In this document: positions 47,117 to 64,000 of the stretch, piece after piece
Layout of the letters: every line of letters starts with the position of its first letter
Numbering within the stretch: the first letter of the stretch is position 1
DNA from: the human T2T-CHM13v2.0 reference genome, Homo sapiens
DNA: 64,000 nt
NCBI RefSeq assembly: GCF_009914755.1
Contig: NC_060943.1
Direction: 5' to 3' (one strand)
Program-made: the position numbers and the translations under genes
The notes under the pieces: generated by a model
Databases searched by the model: none
What the model was told of the DNA's origin: nothing
Seen by the model: the letters and a program-made list of their open reading frames with translations, nothing else

Positions 47117-50100
47117 CTTTGTGGTTTTATCTACTTTTGGTCTTTGATGATGGTGATGTACAGATGGGTTTTTGGTGTGGATGTCCTTTCTGTTTGTTAG
47201 TTTTCCTTCTAACAGACAGGACCCTCAGCTGCAGGTCTGTTGGAGTACCCTGCAGTGTGAGGTGTCAGTGTGCTCCTGCTGGAGGGTGCCCCCCAGTTAG
47301 GCTGCTCGGGCGTCAGGGGTCAGGGACCCACTTGAGGAGGCAGTCTGCCCGTTCTCAGATCTCCAGCTGCGTACTGGGAGAACCCCTGCTCTCTTCAAAG
47401 CTGTCAGACAGGGACATTTAAGTCTGCAGAGGTTACTGCTGTCTTTTTGTTTGTCTGTGCCCTGCCCCCAGAGGTGGAGCCTACAGAGGCACACAGGCCT
47501 CCTTGAGCTGTGGTGGGCTTCACCCAGTTCGAGCTTCCCGGCTGCTTTGTTTACCTAAGCAAGCCTGGGCAAAGGTGGGTGCCCCTCCCCCAGCCTCGCT
47601 GCTGCCTTGCAGTTTGATCTCAGACTGCTGTGCTAGCAATCAGCGAGACTCCGTGGGGTAGGACCCTCCGAGCCAGGCACGGGATATAATCTCATGGTGT
47701 GCTGTTTTTTAAGCCCGTCGGAAAAGCACAGTATTTGGGTGGGAGTGACCCGATTTTCCAGGTGCCATCCGTCACCCCTTTGTTTGATTAGGAAAGGGAA
47801 CTCCCTGACCCCTTGCACTTCCCGAGTGAGGCAATGCCTCACCCTGCTTCAGCTCGCGCACGGTGCGTGCACCCACTGACCTGCGCCCGCTGTCTGTCAC
47901 TCCCTAGTGAGATGAACCCGGTACCTCAGATGGAAATGCAGAAATCACCCATCTTCTGCGTCACTCAGGCTGGGAGCTGTAGACTGGAGCTGTTCCTATT
48001 TGGCCATCTTGGCTCCTCCAGATGGTGACTCATTTCTAAACCCTCCTCATAGGAAGGTGAGGACTCTCTCATCTAGACTCAGCCAATTAGAGAGATGTTG
48101 ACTCTGGGCTTAGAACCATAGAAAAGATTCTGGATTCCCTTCTTGTACGAAGGTCACAGAGGATCACCACTCTTGCATATTGTATAAAGCCCTCAGGTGA
48201 CATGGTGAGTGTCATAGGAGTTCACAGCACACAGGTGAGATAATGTGTCTTGAATGCATGCCCAAGTGACAGTAAAGATTGTCATTCTCCCACATAAACA
48301 TATCCCACTGTTGAGGTTCTGAATCTCAGACATGGAGGCTGTGAAAGTTGGAGAATTGACTCTCCTATATGGCCTGGGCCACAGGTGGGCTGGTGAACTT
48401 CAGACCAAGAATTCAGCACACATATGAGGCTGTGACTGCACTAACAGAACACAGTCTGCAGAAGAAATGGTAGCTCTTTTGCAAAAATTCTGTCAGCTAT
48501 TGAGATTGTTACTCATGAACTTAGACCCATCATACAGGAGGTGTTGACTCTCATATCTAGAACATGGACCTGTATGGAATATCTAATCTCATTCCTGGAC
48601 TTTCCTGCAGGTGTGATTGTGCCTGGTAAGCATTTTAGTGATTTGACTCTCCTGCCTTGGCTCAGCCCTCAGATGAGACTGTGACATATCTCTGGACTCT
48701 GCACCTCAAAGAAGTGACTCGCTTTTCCAGGCTTGGTGTTGCCCACAGGTGTCATGGTGACATATGGCTGGGCCTTCCACCCAGGTAATGTGAGTCTTTT
48801 CTTGCTTTGTCACTGCCCACAGGGTGCATTGTGATATATTCCTAAATTCTGCACTTAGGTTACATGACTCCATTTTTTTTTTTTTTTTTTGCCTAAGCCC
48901 TGAGTATTTTGCATAGTATAACATATTACCAGGCCCAACACCTATAAAATGGGAGGCTTCTGCCTGGGCCTTTCAACAGAGGGCCTTGTGACATATCTCT
49001 GCATCAATCACCTAGGAGCTGTGACTTTCTGTTATTGCCTTTACTCTGCTCACAAGAAAAATTACGAATTATCACTAGGCCCAGCTACCAGGTGATGTGT
49101 CTCTCTTGCATGGGTCTTGACTATAGAAAGCGTTATTAGCTATTGCTGGGCTCAGCACCCAGGTGATGTGACTCTGCTGCCTGTGTTTTGCTTTCAGGAG
49201 AAGGTTGTAACATATTCCTGGCTGAGTATTAAAGTTATGTGACACTCCTGTCTGATCCCTGCCCTCAGTAAAGATTGTGATGTATTCCTGGCCAAAAACC
49301 CAGGTGATGTGACTCTCCTTCTCTCTGCCTATTCACAGGTGGGATTGTAAAATATAGTTTGGCCTAGCTCACAGGTGCAATGGTGACTTTCATACCTCTA
49401 CCCACCTAACAGGAGAGATGCTGTCTTTTGTAGCTAGGCCTATGGTAATGATTATAATCCTGAGTCTCCCTTTTGTACAAAGTCATAGGAAATTACCAAT
49501 TTCTTGCATACTATATAAATCTCTTGTGGTACAGAGAGTGTCTTCCCAGGGTTCAGCACACAGGGAGATTGTAGTTCTTATGTGCAATGTGCACAGCCCA
49601 CCAGCTGTTGGGATTGTCACCCTCACACTTGGATAGAGCACACTGGTGAGGCCCTGAATTTCACACAGACACAGTCCACAGTAGAAACTGTGAACTCTCA
49701 TATGTGAACATCCAGTCAGGGTTGAAATGATGACTGATTTATGAACCCAGTACATTGGAAGGTGAGAATTCTATCTGAACCCATGAAAATTCTACCTGGG
49801 CTTAGGGCTAGAGTGAACACAGTTTACAGGAGGAATGAAGGGTCTCAAGCTCCAATCCAGTTCATTGGTGAGGTTATCACTACCTTACTTAGACCCAACA
49901 TAGAAAATGTGGTGACTCTCATACCTAGAACTGAGACCTGTGCAGGATTGTTAATTCACTACTGGACTTTCCTGCACGAGTGATTATTACATATGCCTAT
50001 GTTCAGCCCTGAGTGATTTGATTTTGCTGCATGGTCCCAGTCTGAAGGTAAGATTGTGATTCATCACTGGATCCAGCACCTCGGTGATTTGACTCTTCTT

Positions 50101-50972
50101 TTTTTGGGGACCCCACAAATTTTAAGTATTGTCAATTTTGGCTGAATCCTGCACCCATGTTATATGACTCTCCCAAATGTGCCTTACATGTTGTGCCGTA
50201 TTGGGGCTCAATATATCACATTAGACATTGTTACATATTGCTGGGTTCAACACCCAGGTGATGTAACTTTTTTTTCTGGGACTGCCTGCAGGGGACCTTG
50301 TGACATAACTCAATGTCCATCACCATACTGACGTTACTCTCTTCTCCTGCCTGGTCTCTGCTCACAGAGAAATTGTGACAGATTACTGGCCTAGCATCTA
50401 GGTGATGTGACTCTCCTCTTTTTCTCAGGCTCTACACATTTGGGTATTGTGACATATTGCTGAACTCAACTCCTAAGGGATGGGAGTCTCCTACTTGGGA
50501 CCTTCCTACAGGGGACATTGTGGCATGTCTCTGCATTCCTCACCTAGCAGATGTGACTCTCCTCTTCTGCCTGCACCCTGCCTACATGGAAAGTTGTGGC
50601 ACATTGCTGTTGTCAGCAACCAGATGATGTAATTCTCCTGCCTGGGTCTTTATTACAGGAAAGATGATTGACATATTACTGAGCCCAGCATCCAGGTGAT
50701 GTGACTCTCTTCTTCTTCTGGTCCCTGCTTACAGAGAAATTGCAGCATATTGCTACACTCAGCTCCTAGCTTATGTGACTCTTTTATTCATTTAGGTTTT
50801 GCCTTCAGGTGACATTGTGTCATAATGCTGGTCCCTGCCCTGACAATTTGTGACTCTTCTGCCTGTGATTTGCCCATTTGGGCCATTGTGACATGTTGCT
50901 GGATTCAACACTCAGGTGATGTAACTTTTATGTCTGGGCCTTGCCTACAGGGTCATTTTGAAATGTCTCTGT

Positions 50973-51287
50973 GGCTGGGCGTTGTGGCTCAAACTTGTAA
51001 TCCCAGCACTTTGGGAGGATGAGGCAGGTGGATCAAAAGGTCAGGATTCAAGACCAGCCTGGTTAATATGGTGAAACACTGTCTTTACTAAAAAAATTAA
51101 TAATAATTACAAAAAGCAGCTGGGTGTGGTGATGGGCATCTGTAGTCCCAGCTACTCGGGGGGCCGAGGCAGGAGAATCACTTGAATTCAGGAGGCAGAG
51201 TTTGTAAAGATCACACAACTGCACCCCAGCCTGGGTAACAGAGTGAGGCTCCATCTCAAAAAAAAAAAAAAAAAAAAAAGAAAGAAC
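50973..51287 (+). mobile_element. AluS
   Basis: TSD gaaatgtct(c/t)tg. Confidence 0.9.
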
Positions 51288-52642
51288 GAAATGTCTTTGC
51301 ACCAATCCCACAGATGATGTGACTCTCTTGTGTTACCATGTCTCTGCTCACAGGAAGAACTGAGACATTTTACAGCATGTAGCTGATTTTTGTTGTTGTT
51401 GTTGTTCCTGCAGGAAAGATTGGGCACTGTTACTCAACTAGGCACCAGAAAGATATTATTTTATTTTTCTTAGTCCTGCCCATGTAAGACATTGTGTCAT
51501 GTTCCTGGGCCCTACACGAAGATGATGTGAGTTTTCTGTCCATCAACTATTTTATGTGACTCTCCTCTCTTACCTTCACCTTGTCCATAGGTTAGATTGT
51601 AATATATCTTTGGGCCTGGGTCACGCTAAGAGAAGTGAGAGTGACTTATTGCTGGGCCCAGCACACAGGGGATGTGATTCTTCCACTTGGTTCCTGCCCA
51701 ATTGGTCATTGTGACATATCTCTGAGCCAATCACCTAAATGATAGGTCTCTTCTTATCTTTCTGGACCTGTCCACAGTAGGAAATGTGACATATCACTGG
51801 GCCAAGCACCTATGTGATATGACTCTCCTCTCAAACCAAGCCCTTGCCTGATGTAATTGTGCCATATAGCTGGGCCCAGCTGCTACATTAGCTGACCTCA
51901 TTTTTTTCCTGAGCCCTACAAAACAATAGCATTATAAGATATTTCTGGGCCTTTTATCTAGGTGATTTGACTTTTCTGTCTGGTATGTCCTCTGAGGGGT
52001 TATTGTGACATGTTGCTGGGTGCAGCATTTAGGTGATGTGACTTCCTCTACTGCTTGGTCTGACCAAAAGGGGATTGTGATGTATCACTGGGCCCAGAAC
52101 TTATGTGATGGGACTCTTTTCTCTTGTCTAGGCCCTACAAACATTTTGCATTGTGACATATAGCTGGGTCTGCCACCCAGGTGATGTGAGACTTCTACAT
52201 AAGCCCTGACCACAAGAGTATTATGAAACATCTTTTCATTCATCACCTAGGTAGTGATGTGACTCTTCTTCAGCCTCTACACTGCCACAAGGGAATTGTG
52301 ATGTATCACTGGACCCAGCACCTAGATGATGTAAGACATCTTTTGACTGGACCTTGCATATTTTGCATATTGTTACTTTTACTGGGTCTGACATTATGGG
52401 ATGAGAGGCTCCTGCCTGGGCCCTGCCAACAGGTGGCCTTGTGACATATTTTGGCATCCATCACCTATGAAATAGGGCTCTCCTCACCTACATGCACCAT
52501 GCACAAAGAGAAGATGGTAACATATCACTGGGATCAGCCACCAGGTGTGTGTATAACCACTCAGGGTGTTTCTCAAAGACAGCATTGTAGTGTATCACTG
52601 GGCCCAGCACCTAGGTAATGTGACTTGTGGCCTGTGCACATC

Positions 52643-53034
<392 letters not shown>

Positions 53035-53376
53035 TGACTCTACTCTCTGGTTCTTGCCCTCAGAAAAGATTGTGACATGCCTTTAGACCAGCCCCAGATG
53101 ACGTGACTCTTCTGCTCACTTCCTACTCAGCAGCATAATTGTGACATATATCTTGCCCCAGCTTGCAATTGCTATGTTGATTCTCACACCTTGAACCAGG
53201 CAATAAAAGAGTTGCACTCTCTCCTAGTTAGGCTTAGGAAAACAAACACGATCCTTAGTCTTTTCGTTTTGCCAAGGTCATAGAGAATTACCACGCCCTC
53301 AAATACTGTATAAAGCCCTTGGGTGGCACAGAGAGTGTCATCAAGGGACAAAAACACAGATGATATTGTGTTTCTT

Positions 53377-53665
53377 TTATTTTCTTTTTTTTCTTTGGAG
53401 ATGGGAGTCTCACTCTGTTATTCAGGCTGGAGTGCAGTGGCACGATCTTGGCTCACTGCAACCTCCACCTCCTGAGTTCAAATGATTCTCCTGCCTATCC
53501 TCCTGAGTATCTGGGACTACAGGCGCATGCCACGAAGCCGAGCTAATTTTTGTAGGGGTTTTACCATGTTGGCCAGGCTGGTCTTGAACTCCTCACCTTA
53601 GGTGATCTGCCCGCCTCTGCCTCCCAAAGTGATGGGATTACAGGTGTGAGACACTGCACCCAGCC
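53377..53665 (-). mobile_element. AluS
   Basis: TSD ttgtgtttctt. Confidence 0.9.
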
Positions 53666-54391
53666 AAAGTTTGTGTTTCTTAAAAGAACTTCCTGCCGCC
53701 TGTTATAATTGTAACCTCAACATGGACAGAGCCCACTGGTGAGGTCCTAAATCTCATATGCAGATGCAGACTGCAGTTGGAATTGTGACTGTGATATACA
53801 AACATCCAGCCAGGAATGGCTCATTTCTAAAGCTACAAATGATGACTCTCTTCTAAATGTAGCTCATAGGCAGGTGAGGACTTTCCTAAATGGATCAGCC
53901 AGTTGGAAAGATATTGACTCTCATTCCTGGGCTTAGAGTCACATGTAGTATCATGGGTCCATATCATCACAAATGTCTTAGAGTAGATTGCGACTCACAT
54001 GCGTATTGCATAAAGTGTGGGGGATCAGTCAGAGTGGTGAAAAGGGAACTATAAATGTTAATTACCTACAGGTTGTGTTGGCTCCAGGTATTTGACATTG
54101 TGCCTGCACTGAATAAAAGCAAGCAGCTCCAGCTTCTCGGTGCTGAAATCTGGCCACAAGAGCTGGGCAGTTCCCTAGCTGCTTTAAGACTGCATACCTA
54201 TGTCTGAGTACTTATTTCATCTGTCAGCCAGGATGTGTGGGACAGAACCAGCAGGTGGTGCCCCATGTGGGAAGCAACAAAATGGATCATGACGGAACCC
54301 TCAAAAATGAAAGGGAAGTGACTGCACAGTAAGTAATTTGTGTCCACTGGGGATTTCCAAGTTCAAAGGAATTTTTTCAAGCCAGGGTTTT

Positions 54392-54703
<312 letters not shown>

Positions 54704-55935
54704 CAAGCTAGGGCTTTATCATGTGACAACAATTATCAGCTCAACAGCAACAGTATATAAAAAATTGAAACAACTGCTAAAAGCTAGTGGAGCCTCAGTT
54801 TCAAAGGCTCAATTAAGGGACCTAATGCAAACTGTTGTTTTCCATAGCCCATGGTTCCCAGAAGAAGGCATACTAGACCTAGAACTCTGGGAACAAGTGA
54901 GAAGGAATCTTAAACATTATGCACATGGGCAACGAGTCCCAGTAACATCTTTAATGTTCTTTAATATTATGGGCCTTAGTTAGGGCTGCTTTGGCCCTGC
55001 TCTATACAGAACAGCCTAAAAAGGGAAGGGAGGAAGAATCATCATCTACCTTACTGCCTCCTCATCTTCCTCCTCCTCCTCCTCCCTCAGCCTGGTTGTT
55101 ACCAGTAAAGGTGCCACAGAGGAGGCAGAGATTTTTCCTGAGCCCCCTCTCCCAATAAATTGGGGAAAAGACAAGGGATACATTACAGTTATGGGACCCT
55201 GTGTTAGGTAAGCAGCATTAGAAGGGGAGCTCTTGGCCTGCCCAATGATGGAAGATCAACAAGGCAGTCAGGTACATGAACCCATTACTTTGAAGACTTA
55301 TAAAGAAAAAGCATTAGAGAAAATGGAGCCACTAGCCCATTTAGGAGAGGATTACTTGAGGCCATAGCAGAAAACTACCATATGACCCCATGGGACTGGT
55401 CAATATTAGCTAAAACAACTTTAGAGGCCAGTCAATACCTCCTCTGGAGGGCAGAATATGATGAGTTATGTGAACAACAAGTTAACCAGAATCAGTTGGG
55501 CCAGGCAAAACATAACAGCTACTATGCTCCAGGGGAGGGGTCCCTATGTTAATGTATAACAACAATTAAATTTTTCCTCCAAGCCTATGCACATGTGTCT
55601 TTGTGCACTCACAGGGCCTGGGAACGAATTCCCAAAGGCAGAGTCCAACAGAGATCTTTTGTAAATGTATGACAAGGGCCCCAGGAGCCATTTGTTGAAT
55701 TTATCAATTATTTAACCCAGATAACAGTGGAATGTACCCATTCCACCCTTAAGAGTATGCTTAAAAAACCAAAAACGGGAATATGAGTAGGAACCCTACA
55801 ACACTATTAGCACGAGCCTTATTTACCCTAAATTTCTTAAATTTAGATAATAAATTTCAGTCAGCCATAGAAAAGCACTTTGCAAAAACCTCTCAAAATA
55901 TAAAGCCTCAAGTTTTATGGAAAGATGTAAATAGT

Positions 55936-56428
55936 TGTTGGGAACAAGCCCCCAAATCTGGCCATAAACTGGCCCCAAAACTGGCCATAAACAAAATCTT
56001 TGAAGCACTGTGACATGCTCGTGATGGCCATGATGCCCATGCTGAAAGTTGTGGGTTTACTGGAACGAGGGCAAGGAACACTTGGCCCACCTAGGGTGGG
56101 AAAACCATTTAAAGGCATTCCTGAACCACAAACAATAGCATGAGCAATCTGTGCCTTAAGGACTGATTCCTGCTGCAGATAACTAGCCAGAGCACATCTC
56201 TTTATTTCTCACAAGGAATATTTTTAGTTAATCTATAATCTATAGAAACAATGCTTATCACTGGCTTGCTGCCAATAAATATGTGGGTAAATCTCTGTTT
56301 GGGGCTGTCAGTTCTGAAGTCTGTGAGACCCCTGATTTCCCAGTCCACATGCTATATTTCTGTGCGTGTGTCTTTAATTCCTCTAGTGCCACTGGGTTAG
56401 GGTCTCCATGACTGAGCTGGTCTCGGCA
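55936..56428 (+). mobile_element. MER9 (HML-3) solo LTR nested in HML-5 integrase
   Basis: Perfect TSD aatagt; ends tgttggg..tctcggca. Confidence 0.9.
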
Positions 56429-57639
56429 AATAGTAATGTATAGTGTGGTCCAAATTATTTGTTAATGTTGGGAAGAGGATATGCTTGGGTTCACAACCCC
56501 TCAGCCTCTTTGGATTCCAGCGTGACACACCAAACCTTACCACAGCATGGCTAGGACCCAACCCCGTACCAAAAATGAAGGAAATTATCCTGCAGAACCT
56601 GCAACCCCAGACAATGCCACTTTCTCAGACATCACAGGCCCCAGACATTACCTGGGGGATGCTGAAGAAGACAACTCAGGAGGCTGAGTGAATTCTGCTG
56701 CAGAAAAAGAAACCATTCCCTCAGATAATGTGTTCCTTTCTATGCTTTCTGTTGTACATTGTAACTCTTGCAGGGTATTGATTCTTCTTATTCTCTCACT
56801 TTGCCTGCAACCCATACCTGCTATACTCTATTGGGCCCATCTTCTAGATCCACCTTTCTTCCGCACTGCTACTTCGGCAGAGACCCTCTTCCTAGCCTCT
56901 AAAAATGCGACTGATTGGCTGGAAGGGATTGACATACCTCTAGTGGGGGTCCCTCAGTAATGGCATACATTGGACTGAGGTGGCAAGTACCATTACATAT
57001 CACTCCTTGATTGTAAAAGAATAATATTGATTATACTCATGTTTGTTTTATATTATTTACTGGTTCTAAGATGCAAAGCTGGAACACAAGCTGTAACCAC
57101 TATGCCAGTCACTGCTCACATCTGTATGCTTCAATCATCAAAACTTGATGCAAAAAAAAAAGAGGGGAAATGTTGGGCTTGGGGGGGTGTCGGTCAGAGT
57201 GGTGAAAAATCTATAGGGAAAGAATGCAAACCTCCTGAAAGTTTGGAAGGTCCTGCAGAGCCCCAGGGGATAATAGCTGAAGGCACCTGTTCTATAACCT
57301 TGAGTCAGGGGGTGAGGAGTAAATACAAGGGAGTGTGGGGGAACTTTATCTTAAAGAGGCTTGTTTACTTATGTTGACCAGAAACTGACCTTTGATCATT
57401 TGCACATGTGATGTTTCTTGAAAGGGGAACAATAAATGTTAATTACCTGCAGGTTGTATTGGCTCCAGGTTTTCGGCATTGTGCCTGCACTGAATAAAAG
57501 AAAGCAGCCCAGCTTCTCAGGGCTGCACTCTGTCCAATATAGCCAGGCAGTCGCCTAGCTGCTCTTACACTGCATACCTGTGTCTGAGTACTCATTTCAT
57601 CCATCAGCCAGGGTCTGTGGGACAGACCCAGCGATAAAG

Positions 57640-60353
<2,714 letters not shown>

Positions 60354-60637
60354 TTCTTTCTTTTTTTTTTTTTTTTGAGACAGAGTCTTGCACTGTTGCC
60401 AGGCTGGAGTGCAATGGCACAATCTCAGCCCACTGCAACCTACACTTCCTGGTTCAAATGATTATCCAGAGTAGCTGGGATTATAGGTGCATGCCACTAG
60501 TCCTGGCTAATTTTTTTTTTTTTTTTTTTTTTTTTGTATTTTTAGTAGAGATGGGATTTCACCATGTTGGTCAGACTGGTCTCAAAATGTTGACCTCAGG
60601 TGATCCACCCACTTTGGCCTCCCAAAGTGCTGGGACT
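60354..60637 (-). mobile_element. AluS, 5' end lost
   Basis: Poly(T) after gtgactcatttct; ends at caaagtgctgggact with no second TSD. Confidence 0.88.
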
Positions 60638-60948
60638 AGGGGCAATTGTTTAAAGATATTTTGTTTCTGACTAGCAGTCTCACCCATTATTTCTTTATTC
60701 TGAAATTTCTAAAACAAAAGAATATATGTAGCCAATCAATAACTTATGCATTTAAGTATGAATTCTTGGTAAATAACTTAGGGACTGGCTTCTCACTTTT
60801 TTGAAAAGACTCACTTTCAATGGCTGTTAATTGAAATATATATTCAGGGCAACTTAAATCTGTCCTCCTGATGGCCATCCTCAATATCAGATCTTGAGTA
60901 AATATATTTCAGATTACATTTTAACTTTTTGATTATTTTAAGTTGACT
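60638..60948 (+). mobile_element. 3' part of a MER4-group ERV1 LTR (LTR54-like)
   Basis: tagccaatcaata, tatattcagggcaactt and ttaagttgac end motif. Confidence 0.5.
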
Positions 60949-60949
60949 C

Positions 60950-63900
60950 AGGGCTGGCCTGGAACATTCTCCTGGGTGTAAATACTCTGACTATAAGCTA
61001 CCTGCTCAGTAGAGGAAACTAATCAACAGCATGGCCTAGCATAGTTCAAAGACACATGTGGTGAGAAGCTCACTGGGGCCTGGCTCCTAATTGCAAGGAC
61101 AGTTGCACAGGTGTGTCTGAATGCTTGGTGAGCCTGGCCTTTCCTCACCCAATGTCTCTCACCAGCCATTTCAACCACATCTTGGCCTTCTGTCATTCTG
61201 TTCTCTGGGGTGAAAACTCATCTTCAGGGCTGTCTACAACAAAAGAGAAACATCAGATTACCAAAACCTCAGGAATAGGGATTACAGATTGGATTAAGAG
61301 CCTGCGCTTTCTTAAGGATGATATGTATGGAAAATCAGCAAATAATTTCAGAATGATACAAGAAAAAATGCCTCTAATAGGTATTCATACTATAGTTCAA
61401 CTCGATTTGTTCTGTACATGGTAGGGAAAATGGGATAAAATATCGTAAGTTCAAGCATTTTTGCTGCTCAGTCAGAATGAAACCCTGCAGCAGGCATGGG
61501 CATGTTTCATGAGAGAAATAGAATAAAAAGAGTTAGACAATATGATCATTTATTGCAAGCCCCCTGCCACTTGATTCAGTGAGCATTTTTGGGTGAAGTG
61601 GAACCTCTTTCTGTCAGGTCTGAAGGTTCAGATGTGTCGGTCCTATCTGCCCCTAGTTCACCTGAAAGTTCTATTGAGAACCCTTTGTCCCTCCTCCTTA
61701 CCCTTCTAGTTCCTCTCTACACCCACCACGCCCTGAAGAATGGAACTCAGTGGGTACTACTAGTAGTGGGGCTGCCTATCAACCTCCAAAAGGAAATCTT
61801 TGTCCACTTAGAGAGGTTGCAAATGGGGAAGAAGTCATTGTGAGAGGACATGTCCCCTTTTCTATGTCTGGTTTGGCTCTATAATAAGACAAGTTTGGTC
61901 ATTTCTCTGAAGATCCAGAAAAATTCATAGATGAGTTTGAAAAGTTAACTCTGACCTATACTTTAACTTGGCAGGATCTGTATGTTTTGTTGTCTCTGTG
62001 TTGTACGTGGAAGAGAAACAATGCATTTTGGGGACAGCTAGGACTCATGCAGATGAGGTATTGGCTTGCAGCCTGAACCATAATATATATCAGACAGGAG
62101 GTATAGCAGTTCCAGATTAAGATCTACGATGGAATATCAAAGGGGCAGTGAGGACTTGGGAGAAGAGATCATATGGTTACTTGTTTGTTGGAAGAGATGA
62201 AGAAATGTAAGAAAAACCTTGTTAACAATGAAAAGGTTAAGGAAGTTTCTCAGGGCAAAGACGAGAATCCAGCTTTGTTTCAATAGCATTTAGTTGAGGC
62301 AATCAGGAAATATACTAACATGGATCTTGCCTCAAGGTAAAGATAAACCCTTCTGGGAGTCCACTTTATAACCCAGTCTTCCTCTGATATCCATAGAAAA
62401 CTAGTAAAAGCAGCTATGGGTCCCCAAACTTCTATGAACAGCTTTGGATATGGCATTTTTAGTTTTTAATAACAGAGGCAAAGTGGAGGAAGGAGAAAGA
62501 GGAAGAAGGACCTCCACAAGGTGCAGCTTTTGGCTGCAACCTTAAGCTTACCTCCCATATGGGAGGTTGCCTTCCTAGGTCTTGGCTTGAACAAGGGAAG
62601 CTGAAAGGTGAAAAGCCCAAAGCTGGGAATCCGAGTCACTGTGCTTTGGGCATAAATCAGTGTGCACACTGTAAGAAAACAGGCCATTGGAAGAGGGATA
62701 GTCCAGTGTTCTGAAGAGAGCCGTCAGCACCCAAACTAATGATGGGTGAAACAGCCAGGCAAGTGCCCAAGAGTGACGGGGCCTGAGACCTTCCATCACA
62801 GCTTCCATCAGACAACTAGCCATATATCTGGAGAAGCCTCAGTAACCTTTGCCATGGCAGGTAAGAATATTAATTTTTGCCAGGTGTGGTAGCTCACGCC
62901 TGCAATCCTAGCACTTTGGGAGGCCAAGATGGGAGGATCACTTGAGGTCAGGAGTTTGAGAGTAGCCTGGCCAACATGGTGAAACCCCATCTCTACTAAA
63001 AATACGAAAAAAAAAAAATCTGGGAATTGCTTGAATCCAAGAGGCGGAGGTTGTGGTGAGCTGAGATTGTGCCACTGCACTCCAGCCTGGGCAAGAGAGC
63101 GAGACTCTATCTCAAAAAAAAAAAAAAAAAAAAGAAAACAAAAAAGAATATTAACTTTCTTCTGGATGGCTTACTCTGTTTTGACCCATATAATGGGTCT
63201 CTGTTGCCCCAAAACTTCATGGTCACAGGGGTAGACTGAGAAGCCTATAGATGCCATTTTACCTATTCTCCATGCTGTTTTTCAGAGACCTTGGTTTTCT
63301 TACACAACTTTCTTATCATGCCTGGATACCTCAGGGCAGTTGCAGCAACTTCTCTTTTGGTAGATGAATCCAATAAACTGGCTTTAGAACAACACCTGGA
63401 AGTTAAAACCCACACCAAGTACAAGGAGTCCTAGAAGCTAAAGGACACCAGTGGATGACAGGGGGACGCTTATTGAAATAGCAGGCATTTTGCTAGACAC
63501 TCCTGATAAACTACTGATATGAGGTGCTAATCAATAAAAAATAGTTAAACATTTGCATGACTCTACCCATTTGGGAAGAGATTCCCTGTTTCAAATAATG
63601 TCTTGGCTTTTTATAGAAAAAGGATTACTTAAAACAGTAAACTAGGTTACTTGAGCCTGTGAAGGATGTGTCTGGAATAACCCAAATGACCAATGTTTAC
63701 CTCCTCCTTTAGTAAGGCCTATTCAGCATAGACGAACATACCCTGGTGAAGACTGGCAAATAGACTATACTCAGATGACCCCATGTAAAGGGTTTAAATA
63801 TTTATTAGTATTCATTGACACCTTTGGATCGAGGCTTTTCCTACCCGATCTGAAAAGGCAATTGAGATTCCCAAACTCCTGCTAAAAGAAATAATTACAC
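60950..63900 (+). mobile_element. Class I (gamma-like) ERV internal fragment: gag, partial pro, RNase H connection, IN
   Basis: HVPFSMS..FSEDPEKFIDEFEKLT, single knuckle QCAHCKKTGHWKRD, LRAVAAT, PGEDWQIDYTQM..LVFIDTF. RT is deleted. Confidence 0.8.
62878..63143 (+). mobile_element. AluS with internal deletion
   Basis: TSD aagaatattaa(t/c)ttt. Confidence 0.88.
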
Positions 63901-63901
63901 C

Positions 63902-64000
63902 CCTGGGTGAGGTGGCTCATGCCTGTAATCCCTGCACTTTGGGAGGCTGAGGCGGGTGGATCATCTGAGGTCAGGAGTTCAAGACCAGCCTGGCTAACAT
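63902..64000 (+). mobile_element. Alu 5' end, runs off the window
   Basis: ggtggctcatgcctgtaatccc..gaggtcaggagttcaagaccagcc. Confidence 0.88.

Noticed and set aside
47570-47879. L1 ORF0
   Set aside because: The start codon is mutated (gcaaaggtgggtgcc instead of gcaatggcgggcgcc); only downstream fragments are open.

Overview
Hominid (probably human/African great ape) repeat-dense DNA with no spliced cellular gene recognisable. Left to right: (1) 1-8995, a minus-strand HERV-K11/HML-8 provirus. Its env leader carries a young, full-length, open-frame GCSH retrocopy in the proviral sense, and its pol carries a MER9 solo LTR. (2) ~9-28 kb, older sequence (L1M/L2/MER relics) holding an LTR9-like solo LTR, a 5'-inverted L1 and an HML-6 (LTR3) provirus. 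(3) A decayed CpG-rich patch with an LTR14C solo LTR, then a ~4.2 kb almost pure polypurine tract. (4) An inverted chimera of two HML-5 (LTR22) 3' ends joined at the PBS. (5) ~40-60 kb, complex beta-satellite of the type known from ZNF91-family clusters, interrupted by a full-length L1PA2/3-type element, a deleted HML-5 provirus and Alus. (6) A class I ERV fragment at the right end. The best candidate for an undescribed system is the GCSH ORF: it sits downstream of a proviral LTR, consensus leader splice donors and an intact env splice acceptor, so it could be an LTR-driven retrogene. No expression evidence is available. Repeat family names and parent-gene comparisons come from recalled consensus sequences and need Dfam/BLAST confirmation.
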